A DNA stretch of 24,000 nt from Methanothrix sp. (GTDB taxonomy: Archaea > Halobacteriota > Methanosarcinia > Methanotrichales > Methanotrichaceae), in NCBI GenBank assembly GCA_963682135.1, contig OY821645.1, positions 1,894,401-1,918,400 on the forward strand, in the 5' to 3' direction. Under the pieces are notes generated by a model. The model saw only the letters and a program-made list of their open reading frames with translations. It had not been told where the DNA came from and did no database searches. Positions 8,140 through 15,911 of the stretch are shown in pieces; position 1 is the stretch's first letter, and each line of letters opens with the position of its first letter. The translations under genes were made by a program, and so were the position numbers.

Positions 8140-8721
8140 TCATGATGAGAAATGCTTCTTGAAGATGCCTGCTATCTCAGAGGGCCTCTCGATGACAAAG
8201 ACATCCTCCATCCGACGCAGGCTATCTACATGCTCAGCATCCTCTTTTCGAATGCGCAGCCGCATCTCGCTGCCGTCTGGAAGAATGGTAGTTACGATTC
8301 CGGGCTTGTAATCGCAGGGCATGATGTATGTGGGAACGAATGCCTTCTGAGACATGATGGCCGCATTGGAGAGGAGCGAGTCTGCCAGGCCCAATGAGAT
8401 CTTGGCCACCGTATTTGATGTTGCGGGTGCAAGCAATAAGAACTCATAACGCTTCACCTGCAATTGGCCCGCCAGGAAGGGAGAGTTGGCGTTGATCTCC
8501 ACCCAGACTTTGTCAAAGTGTTTCTCCAGGATATTGAAGAGCTTGTAGTATTTGATGACCTGCTCGCCTGCCTTGGATACGAAGACGCGCACATCCACAT
8601 CATCATCGTACTGCTGCTGCAATCTTATCATGGCATTGACCGTCTCCTCAATGCGATCGCCACTGCCCGTGATTCCCCAGGCAATCTTCCTCTTGCTGCG
8701 CTCCGTTGCCATATTACTCAC
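8140..8721 (-). CDS. Archaeoflavoprotein AfpA / DmrB-like FMN flavoprotein (HFCD fold)
   Basis: 193 aa. The N-terminal KIAWGITGSGD Rossmann-like flavin-binding start and APATSNTVAKISLGLADSLLSNA match the HFCD/AfpA pattern. It lies immediately downstream of isf on the same strand. Confidence 0.7.
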   Translation of the reverse strand: MSNMATERSKRKIAWGITGSGDRIEETVNAMIRLQQQYDDDVDVRVFVSKAGEQVIKYYKLFNILEKHFDKVWVEINANSPFLAGQLQVKRYEFLLLAPATSNTVAKISLGLADSLLSNAAIMSQKAFVPTYIMPCDYKPGIVTTILPDGSEMRLRIRKEDAEHVDSLRRMEDVFVIERPSEIAGIFKKHFSS

Positions 8722-8740
8722 TTACTCATTTTAAGGATAT

Positions 8741-9352
8741 TTATTTTTCCGGTGCCCTCATATTCTCCAGAAGCATTACCATCTCCGCGAACCTCTTTGT
8801 CGTCTTTCGCAGAGATCGCAAGCCATCCTCATCCTTCAATGCACCTTCCAGTGTATCGCGAGACCAGAATGTCGCTCCCAGGTTGGCGCCAAAAAATCCC
8901 CCGCTCACAGGAATCATGCCGTTAAGGATGTAAAATGTATGGATCTGCTGCACCGCCAGTTCCTGGCCGCCCATGCGATCGCCCCCAACGGCTATGGCCA
9001 TGCCGGGCTTCATCCGCAGAGTTTTAGGGTCGGCAGCCAGTGTGGCCCGCGTTCTGTCTATTACTATCTTGGTCTGAGCACTCATGCTGCCGTTATAGAC
9101 GGGTGTTGCGATAACAAATCCCTGCGCCTCCCGGATGAGGGGGTAGAGCTGATACATATCATCTTTTACTACGCATTCCTTATTTTTGAGGCAATAGTCA
9201 CAGTGCCGGCAAGGGCTGATCTGCCGGCCTCGCACTGTAAATTGCAAAGTATCCAGGCCCTTGTCCTGCAGCATCTTTAGGGCCTCACCAAGGATATGTT
9301 CTGTGGCCATATTCCTGGGACTTCCGGATATGCCGAGTATCATGTTAGTCAA
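8741..9352 (-). CDS. isf: Iron-sulfur flavoprotein (Isf; NADPH-dependent FMN reductase fold with a compact 4Fe-4S motif)
   Basis: ILGISGSPRN flavodoxin-like start. Compact cysteine motif CRHCDYCLKNKEC (C-x2-C-x2-C-x5-C), as described for Methanosarcina Isf. Confidence 0.85.
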   Translation of the reverse strand: MTNMILGISGSPRNMATEHILGEALKMLQDKGLDTLQFTVRGRQISPCRHCDYCLKNKECVVKDDMYQLYPLIREAQGFVIATPVYNGSMSAQTKIVIDRTRATLAADPKTLRMKPGMAIAVGGDRMGGQELAVQQIHTFYILNGMIPVSGGFFGANLGATFWSRDTLEGALKDEDGLRSLRKTTKRFAEMVMLLENMRAPEK

Positions 9353-9358
9353 TAGCTT

Positions 9359-9592
9359 CTATTGATATTTCAGATTTTCCGGATGAGCATACTGCTCTGC
9401 CAGGCGCAGCCGGATCATCTCCTCCACCTCGGCAGAAGTTGTGCCGAAGACCTCTTCCAGGATCTCTTTGGCTGTTTGCAGCTCCAGAGCCTTCCTGTCC
9501 AACCTGCTGCTGGAAAGAACCTGTCGCTCAATTCTGGGCCTCTTTTGCAGGGGCCATCTTAGCTGTGCGAGAACTCCTGCCATAGTATACAA
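9359..9592 (-). CDS. Hypothetical small helical protein upstream of isf
   Basis: 77-aa ORF ending 6 nt before the isf start, on the same strand. No family recognised. Confidence 0.35.
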   Translation of the reverse strand: MYTMAGVLAQLRWPLQKRPRIERQVLSSSRLDRKALELQTAKEILEEVFGTTSAEVEEMIRLRLAEQYAHPENLKYQ

Positions 9593-9826
9593 CCTAGTGT
9601 GTGTAAGAATAAATACATTTCCAGATGAAATGATTATAGTAAATCATTTTATAGACCTATAAAAGTATGTATAAGATACAAATGATCTGCTAAAAATGCC
9701 CCCATAAAATGTACCCATAAATTGCCCCACACAAAGCAATACATTAATCTTGAGATTAAGAAGGATGGCCGCACGGGGCGAAAGTGATGCAAAGAGTATT
9801 ATGAGGGAAACGGCAATATAATAATC

Positions 9827-10306
9827 ATGATCAGGGGAAAAGCTTGGGTCTTTGGAGACGATGTAGATACCGATGTGATCATCCCCGGTAAGTACCTGCG
9901 CACAAAGGATGCGCGGCTCTGGGCGGAGCATGCCATGGAGGGCCTGGACCCGAACTTTGCCTCCCTGGTAGAGAAGGGCGATGTGATTGTGGCGGGCAGA
10001 AATTTTGGCAGCGGCTCGTCACGCGAGCAGGCTCCCCGGGCATTAAAGGGGGCGGGAGTGGCAGTAGTAGTAGCCCGGTCCTTTGCTCGTATCTTCTACC
10101 GAAATGCCATCAATGTAGGGCTGGCTCTGATTGAAGCCGATATCTCATGCCAGAGAGGCGACTATGTGGTGGTAGACCTGGCAGCAGGAACTGTGCAGGT
10201 GGGGGATAAGTTCTACCAGGGCACCAGGCTGCCTGATTTCCTCATGGAGATACTGGAAGACGGCGGCCTGGTGGCGCACCGAAGGCGGCAGAAAGGATTG
10301 GCATGA
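9827..10306 (+). CDS. hacB: Homoaconitase / isopropylmalate isomerase small subunit, HacB type
   Basis: [28 protein letters not shown].. and [14 protein letters not shown] are LeuD-family signatures. The substrate loop reads YLRT (Arg25-Thr26), the state reported for M. jannaschii HacB (Arg26-Thr27) rather than the IPMI small subunit. Confidence 0.8.
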   Translation: MIRGKAWVFGDDVDTDVIIPGKYLRTKDARLWAEHAMEGLDPNFASLVEKGDVIVAGRNFGSGSSREQAPRALKGAGVAVVVARSFARIFYRNAINVGLALIEADISCQRGDYVVVDLAAGTVQVGDKFYQGTRLPDFLMEILEDGGLVAHRRRQKGLA

Positions 10307-11130
10307 TCTTTCCGGATGAGTACAAGTTCGTAGGGATTAAGGACCAGGAGAGGCGAGGCGAATCAGTCTATTTCGCCACAGAGTATCTCATCAGCCGAGA
10401 CGGTCCGGCGCTCTACCATGTTAAGAGTCGCGGCTCCGGATTCATGAGGGAGGTGGTAGAGCTGGAGCCGATCGCCTCCGGTCAAGAGATCGTGTTTTAC
10501 CCGGATATTGTGGACACCCGCAGCCGTGCCCATCTCATAGAGCTGGCGGACGAAATATGCCAAAACAAGAGGGCGAATACGGTCGTCTTTGGGGGGCTGG
10601 ATGAGCACATCACCTTCGTCAAGGACCCGGATCCTACTTCGATTCTCTCCATCGAGGTTTTGGATGTCTCGCCTCCCAATCCACCCTGGCTGGTTCATGT
10701 TCTCGCCGGTCTGGAGGCTTGCGGCATCCTGGGAGACTTGACGGTTCGTTTTGTGCCCCGCATCCTGGATCTGCGCCAGTTTGATTGCAGCCACGTCTAT
10801 TTTCCTTGCCGGGCCTCGGGCCTGGGGCGATCTCTGGACACGGACCGGATAGTACATGAGCACCCCAGGATTGTGGGCTGCTCGATCTCCAAAGAGATCT
10901 TTCTGGCCAACAATCCCGGTAAGGATTTTGAGTTTATCAATATCTGTCCCCTGCAAAGTTCCCAGCCGATCCTGGAGCCGCAGCGGCCTTTTATCACCCG
11001 GTGCTGTCGTTCCGAGATGAAGGGCCTGACCGAGAAGAACGGACAGAGGGGCATAGCGGTACATTGGGGAGACGGTCCGGTAAGAATAGCAGAGGCAGTA
11101 CGATGTCTGGTAGAGGATCTAAGAAGGTAG
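10303..11130 (+). CDS. Cys-rich hypothetical protein embedded between hacB and the dehydrogenase
   Basis: 275-aa ORF. Its ATG overlaps the hacB stop (ATGA at 10303-10306). Its 3' end overlaps the next gene's ATG (11103) by 28 nt. It has nine Cys, including a CC pair (ITRCCRSE). I recognise no family. Confidence 0.7.
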   Translation: MIFPDEYKFVGIKDQERRGESVYFATEYLISRDGPALYHVKSRGSGFMREVVELEPIASGQEIVFYPDIVDTRSRAHLIELADEICQNKRANTVVFGGLDEHITFVKDPDPTSILSIEVLDVSPPNPPWLVHVLAGLEACGILGDLTVRFVPRILDLRQFDCSHVYFPCRASGLGRSLDTDRIVHEHPRIVGCSISKEIFLANNPGKDFEFINICPLQSSQPILEPQRPFITRCCRSEMKGLTEKNGQRGIAVHWGDGPVRIAEAVRCLVEDLRR

Positions 11131-12080
11131 CCGTCGTCGCGGGCGACGGCATTGGGCCGGAGGTAGTAGATAGCGCCCTGGCGGTGCTGCAGGCCGCAGG
11201 CGCGAAGTTTGAGCCGGTTCCCGTGGAGATCGGCCTGGTCCGCTGGAAGAAAACCGGCCTCGCCATGTCCGAGGAGGATTTGGCAACACTCAAAGAATGC
11301 GACTGCATTCTTTTTGGAGCGATCAGCACCCCGCCCGATCCCAATTATAAAAGTGTGCTCCTGCGCATAAGAAAGGAGCTGGACCTTTATGCCAATATCC
11401 GGCCTTTCCAGTCCCATAATCTTGATTTCATCATTGTGCGGGAGAACACGGAGGGGCTCTACTCGGGAATCGAGGAAGTCGGAACTGAGCAGGCGCATAC
11501 CATGCGGATCATAACGCGCCGCGGCTCAGAGAGAGTTGCAGAGAAGGCCTGTGACCTGGCAGCCTGCCGGCGCAAGCTGACCATCATCCACAAGTCCAAT
11601 GTGCTGAAGAGCGACCGCCTCTTTCTCAAGACCTGCCAGGCAACAGCCGCAGGCCGCGGCGTGCCCTATGAGGATATGCTGGTAGACGCTGCCGCCTACA
11701 ACCTGGTGGTGAATCCCCAGAGGTTTGATGTGCTGGTCGCCACCAATCTCTTCGGCGACATCCTGAGCGATGAGGCGGCAGGAGTGATAGGCAGCCTTGG
11801 TCTATGCGCCAGCGCCAACATCGGCACGGACCATGCTCTCTTCGAGCCCATTCACGGCAGCGCCCCGGATATCGCCGGTAAGGGCATCGCCAATCCGGTG
11901 GGAGCCATGCGCAGCGCAGCCATGATGATGCAGTGGCTGGGAGAGCCGGAGACTGCACGACGCATCGAGACGGCAGTGCAGGAGGCGCTCGCAGGCGGAG
12001 TGCGGACGCCGGATCTGGGCGGAAGCTGCAAGACGGCGGATGTGACGAAAGCGGTGGTTGCGGCTTTGGATGGGAATTGA
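11103..12080 (+). CDS. Isopropylmalate / homoisocitrate dehydrogenase family (LeuB/AksF type)
   Basis: [39 protein letters not shown] and HGSAPDIAGKGIANP are beta-decarboxylating dehydrogenase motifs. The track ORF begins at 11001, but the conserved N-terminus starts at ATG 11103 ([12 protein letters not shown]). Confidence 0.85.
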   Translation: MSGRGSKKVAVVAGDGIGPEVVDSALAVLQAAGAKFEPVPVEIGLVRWKKTGLAMSEEDLATLKECDCILFGAISTPPDPNYKSVLLRIRKELDLYANIRPFQSHNLDFIIVRENTEGLYSGIEEVGTEQAHTMRIITRRGSERVAEKACDLAACRRKLTIIHKSNVLKSDRLFLKTCQATAAGRGVPYEDMLVDAAAYNLVVNPQRFDVLVATNLFGDILSDEAAGVIGSLGLCASANIGTDHALFEPIHGSAPDIAGKGIANPVGAMRSAAMMMQWLGEPETARRIETAVQEALAGGVRTPDLGGSCKTADVTKAVVAALDGN

Positions 12081-12284
12081 GAAAATTTGAATGCTGTGAG
12101 ATCTATGCATCTTTGTGCAGTCATAAGGTCAAGATTCTAAAATTATAGGATTTTATTTAAATCATCTTCCGACTTTTTAGGCAATTACCCAAAAGGATGA
12201 TATACTCATATTAATGAACCGCACCATCAAGTTGTTGGATTTTCGGGAGGGATTCAGGCGCGGAGTCAGTTCAAGCTTGCGAAG

Positions 12285-13898
12285 TGTGCATCGAAGAACT
12301 ATCGCAATACTCTTCGTCTGCACCTTCTATTTTTAGCCTTAGTTGTTATGCTGCACCTCTCTTCCGCTTCCGCAGAGAAATGCGATTTGCTCAATCCCAA
12401 TGCCTGCGGGCTCTATGACTGCGGAGGCAACAGCTGGTCGCCTGACGAGACACAGGGCGATGGTGATAATTTATCCCTGCGATCCGGACAGGTGAATATG
12501 ATCGGCTCCAGCAGAGTTTGCATGAAGGTCAGCGGGCCGGGTTTGGTCAAATTCAGGTGGAAGGTGGACCCGATGGCTCAACATGTTGGGACTTTTGGCT
12601 TTTGGGTGGATAATGCCCAGGTAGCGGTCTGCAAATCACAAATATTTGTCCCAATCTCGTACTCCCTTCGGGAAAGAAAGGATTACGATCTGGCCTGGCA
12701 GTATTATAAATTCAAGTCCATTCCGGCGGGCATGGGTGCGGGGTGGATCGATGAGTTAGATATAATTGGAGGGATTGTCGGGGCATCTCCTGCAATATCT
12801 TCGAAAATATTGGGCGAATCTCCTTCGAATAACCAGTCTAGCGCAAATTATTCAGATAGGTTGGCAACTGATCGGTTGAATTGCCCTCCGCTCAATAGAT
12901 CCTGCTACAATTGCGGGTCAAGAATAAATGGAACACTCGCAAGTGAGAAAAGCACCGAATACTCCATGCTTCAAGGTCCAATAATTGTGCCACCACCTAA
13001 TATCACAATCAATATTGGGCTAAAGCCGACGACGAACGTCAGCATCGATATCTCAGGCATCTCTGGTTCCTTGTCAAATATCGAACTGAATCCGAATGCA
13101 TCTTCACGAATGATACAGAATATCACTCCGCCGATTAATAACACGAGGGATGTATTCGTTTCTCGGAATAAATGTGAACATCAGAAATGCTATGAGACTA
13201 TCAGCGAAGCTGTGAGAGCAGTAGACAATGGCGGAAATGTAACCATCTATGAAGGGATATATAACGAGTCGGTTGTCATTGATAAAGCCCTAAATTTGAT
13301 AGGCGGAAATAATACTACAACCAAAATAGTTGTGCATGATCAGGATGGAATAACTATTGCATGCGGTGCGGGAACCGTATCCTTGGGGAATCTATCTATT
13401 ATTAATGAGTATAAGTCATGCAGAAGAGCTATCGGCATAAATGATACGTCAAAATCACAAGATAGAAACATAGTGATAAAGGATTGCAGTATCTTAAATT
13501 TCGCCATCGGGGCAAAAATAGGTAAATCAAGTCTAACCTTTGTGAGAAACACGATAAGTTCCTCAATGGAATTTGACAATATCGTTGAGGAATGTCAATT
13601 ATGCACATATGATAATACCTCAGCAAGCGGGAAACATTATCTGGTTGGTCTTTGGTTCAATGCATTTTATGATAAATTTAAAATTCATAATAATACAATA
13701 AAATTGGAAAATAATACAAATAAAGATTTGTACACATATGGTATTGTTCATGAAGGCCCAACGTCTGATTGTGCTTATAATATTTCAAAAACGCAAGATT
13801 TCAGAACGATAAAAACGACCGCATGCAGGATAATGTATCTTCTGGGAGAAAATTCAGCTGATTGCGCTGATTCTAAAGACTGGGCGAGGCGATTTTGA
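12285..13898 (+). CDS. Secreted, sequon-rich surface protein: signal peptide, beta-sandwich (lectin-like) domain, right-handed parallel beta-helix (NosD/PbH1-like) repeats
   Basis: The track ORF starts at ATG 12348, inside a signal-peptide-like segment. An in-frame GTG at 12285 gives (M)ASKNYRNTLRLHLLFLALVVMLHLSSASA/EK. The beta-helix signature is VRAVDNGGNVTIYEGIYNESVVIDKALNLIGG..ITIACG..LGNLSIIN..IVIKDCSILN..FVRNTISS. There are about twenty N-x-S/T sequons. Confidence 0.7.
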   Translation, partial: CASKNYRNTLRLHLLFLALVVMLHLSSASAEKCDLLNPNACGLYDCGGNSWSPDETQGDGDNLSLRSGQVNMIGSSRVCMKVSGPGLVKFRWKVDPMAQHVGTFGFWVDNAQVAVCKSQIFVPISYSLRERKDYDLAWQYYKFKSIPAGMGAGWIDELDIIGGIVGASPAISSKILGESPSNNQSSANYSDRLATDRLNCPPLNRSCYNCGSRINGTLASEKSTEYSMLQGPIIVPPPNITINIGLKPTTNVSIDISGISGSLSNIELNPNASSRMIQNITPPINNTRDVFVSRNKCEHQKCYETISEAVRAVDNGGNVTIYEGIYNESVVIDKALNLIGGNNTTTKIVVHDQDGITIACGAGTVSLGNLSIINEYKSCRRAIGINDTSKSQDRNIVIKDCSILNFAIGAKIGKSSLTFVRNTISSSMEFDNIVEECQLCTYDNTSASGKHYLVGLWFNAFYDKFKIHNNTIKLENNTNKDLYTYGIVHEGPTSDCAYNISKTQDFRTIKTTACRIMYLLGENSADCADSKDWARRF

Positions 13899-13899
13899 T

Positions 13900-15660
13900 A
13901 TGCTGAAGAATCGCCACATGATATCATTTAAACGATTCGTGATATTTGTAGTTATATTGCTAATTACATTGAATACAGTTAATTCTGAAAAAAGCCGACC
14001 CGCAATTTTTGAAATTAAAAATATCAATGCATCAACAGACAAAGATATATATTTTAGAAATGACATGATACCGGTTGAATATAACATTAACTGCAGTGGC
14101 AAAACGGGCGAAAAATACTTTGTTTTTAAGGCAAACAAGAGTTTTTATTTAAATGAAGCCCCCCAATATAAGCCGAATATAAGCTATCCGTCTGGGGTAG
14201 GTATTCATTCCGAAAAACCCAAGCCCTATTCAACACCAGAGGGATTTAGAAGATATTATATACCACTGTTTGATAATAATAGCGAAAGTAATAGCTACCT
14301 CACAAAAATAACCCTCAACATTTCACCTACATCAGAATGTAAGTTAAACAGAACATTTGATCTAACGGATCGGTCTTTTGTAGATATTTGTCCCATCGGC
14401 AAAAGGATACCATCGCCGATTAGAATTATTAATAAAAATCCAGAAATAATAAATTCAATTATTAATGAAACGAAGATGACTGCACAATTCACGTTCAAAG
14501 ATGAGGATAGTCATCTCGTTGATTGGTATTTGTTTAAAAATGGAAGAAATATTCCTGGATATAATGGAAGCATAAACATGAAGGAAGATCCGATAGACGA
14601 GAATATTATTAACATTTCTCCGTTTTATCCGGAATTGGATTCCATGAGGCTGCGTCTCTTGGATAGTGATGGTGGGGAGAAGTGGAGCAGTTCATTGAAT
14701 AATTGGGAAATTAAAATTAATCGGATTCCCCCTGCAGAAACGATCTACTTGAAATTCTCTATTTTTATCTTAGTCGTTATCGTATTATCTTTTCTTTCTT
14801 TCAACTATTTTCCGTTAGAATTGCGCTGGAAGCTCATTTTGTATGCTATTGTTATTCTTGTTCTGCACTATGAAATATTCAAGTATGATTTCGAATTGCT
14901 CATATCCATTTTGATTATATCAAGTTCACTTTCTAATTATTTCGTATACACATTATCTAAACGAAACATGACTAACAATAATAATGATAAATTCGTCTGG
15001 GATGAAATTCCAGGCAAAGGCAACCAACGACTCGTAGAATTTCTAACACGAATTACTGGAATTAAGTTTAGAAAAAATGCAAAAATTGAAAAATTTGATA
15101 ATGGCGCAACTATCAAAGTATCTACTGACAAGAATATCATTTCACTAAAAATGGATAATAAAAAAACTGAAGTTGTTATAGAAGTCGATAACAAACGAAC
15201 TGATAAATTCATAGCAAAGATGGAAAATGATTGGCTAAACATATACGATAATAAAGATTTTTTAAAAAAATGGTCCTTGATTTTTAGTTCGTGGATGGCT
15301 CTGATTATGCTTATAATAATAAATATATCTTCAAGTGATACCATTAAGATAAATTATATATTTTGTTCGGCAGCCTTAATGGGATTCCCCGCCTTCGTTA
15401 TCCCTACTGCCGCAAAATTAAAAGATTATGCGAAAGGATTTGAGTTGCCTGTGATATTTTATTGCTTAATATGGATCGTAATTCTCATATTTAATATAAC
15501 CGGTGTTACTATAAACTCCTTTGGAAATATTTATATAGAAAATCTTCTCATTGTGTCATATTTGACGTTTTTTTCATTAAATCTCCTACCCGCTCTTGTC
15601 TATTTATACCAATCTCCTGACCAGAGGCCTAATATTTGGGGGCCCAGAGATTTGAATTAG
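13900..15660 (+). CDS. Polytopic membrane protein (about 8 TM) with a ~270-aa sequon-rich N-terminal ectodomain and a ~110-aa K/N/D-rich soluble insert
   Basis: 586-aa ORF starting 1 nt after the previous stop. Signal anchor FVIFVVILLITLNTVNS. Hydrophobic helices at about aa 297-365 (three) and 477-590 (four). No family recognised. Very low GC. Confidence 0.7.
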   Translation: MLKNRHMISFKRFVIFVVILLITLNTVNSEKSRPAIFEIKNINASTDKDIYFRNDMIPVEYNINCSGKTGEKYFVFKANKSFYLNEAPQYKPNISYPSGVGIHSEKPKPYSTPEGFRRYYIPLFDNNSESNSYLTKITLNISPTSECKLNRTFDLTDRSFVDICPIGKRIPSPIRIINKNPEIINSIINETKMTAQFTFKDEDSHLVDWYLFKNGRNIPGYNGSINMKEDPIDENIINISPFYPELDSMRLRLLDSDGGEKWSSSLNNWEIKINRIPPAETIYLKFSIFILVVIVLSFLSFNYFPLELRWKLILYAIVILVLHYEIFKYDFELLISILIISSSLSNYFVYTLSKRNMTNNNNDKFVWDEIPGKGNQRLVEFLTRITGIKFRKNAKIEKFDNGATIKVSTDKNIISLKMDNKKTEVVIEVDNKRTDKFIAKMENDWLNIYDNKDFLKKWSLIFSSWMALIMLIIINISSSDTIKINYIFCSAALMGFPAFVIPTAAKLKDYAKGFELPVIFYCLIWIVILIFNITGVTINSFGNIYIENLLIVSYLTFFSLNLLPALVYLYQSPDQRPNIWGPRDLN

Positions 15661-15822
15661 ATCGATAGCTATGATATCAATTCTATTATCTACTTTTCTC
15701 ATTCTGTTTTCGCCACATTCTAGATAACCATCGCGACAGGCTCCATGGAAGGCTGTTCTCCAGCCTCCTTCTCATCTCCTCCTGTTTCTTTCCCCCACTC
15801 TTTGCCGTCTTCTTCACAAAAA

Positions 15823-15846
15823 CCTAAGCTCCCCGAAATTTAGGCA
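15823..15846. repeat. Left terminal inverted repeat CCTAAGCTCCCCGAAATTTAGGCA
   Basis: Matches the reverse complement of 17447-17470 (CCTGACCTCCCCATTTTTTAGGCA) at 18 of 24 positions. The blocks CTCCCC and TTTAGGCA are identical. Confidence 0.6.
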
Positions 15847-15911
15847 TATCTGATCAATTTTCGCCATCGATGACCAAAAACTATAAATAGTATGCTGTGC
15901 CTAAATACAAC

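Noticed and set aside
9644-9931. A 95-aa minus-strand ORF spanning the hacB start.
   Set aside because: It overlaps the well-supported hacB N-terminus and otherwise covers an AT-rich promoter gap. It has a hydrophobic, low-complexity translation.
11001-11102. A 34-codon upstream extension of the dehydrogenase ORF.
   Set aside because: The extension is Arg/Gly/Ser-rich, lies entirely within the preceding gene, and precedes the canonical [16 protein letters not shown]-terminus. ATG 11103 is the natural start.
10363-11498. Two 233-aa minus-strand ORFs (10363..11064 and 10797..11498) and several 90-116-aa ORFs antisense to the hacB operon.
   Set aside because: These are shadow ORFs typical of high-GC coding DNA. 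They are Arg/Pro/Gly-rich with low complexity and have no motifs. They fully overlap plus-strand genes that carry strong family signatures.
13854-15344. Minus-strand ORFs of 94, 67 and 135 aa inside the low-GC island.
   Set aside because: AT-rich DNA yields Ile/Phe/Leu/Asn-rich antisense ORFs. They are nested in the long plus-strand ORFs, which have coherent signal-peptide and TM architecture.
15661-15822. A possible host gene disrupted by the IS insertion. The left flank is GC-richer than the island.
   Set aside because: Joining the left flank to the right flank (17471-17584) after removing the IS and one CAAAAA copy gives no continuous ORF in any frame. The insertion is treated as intergenic.
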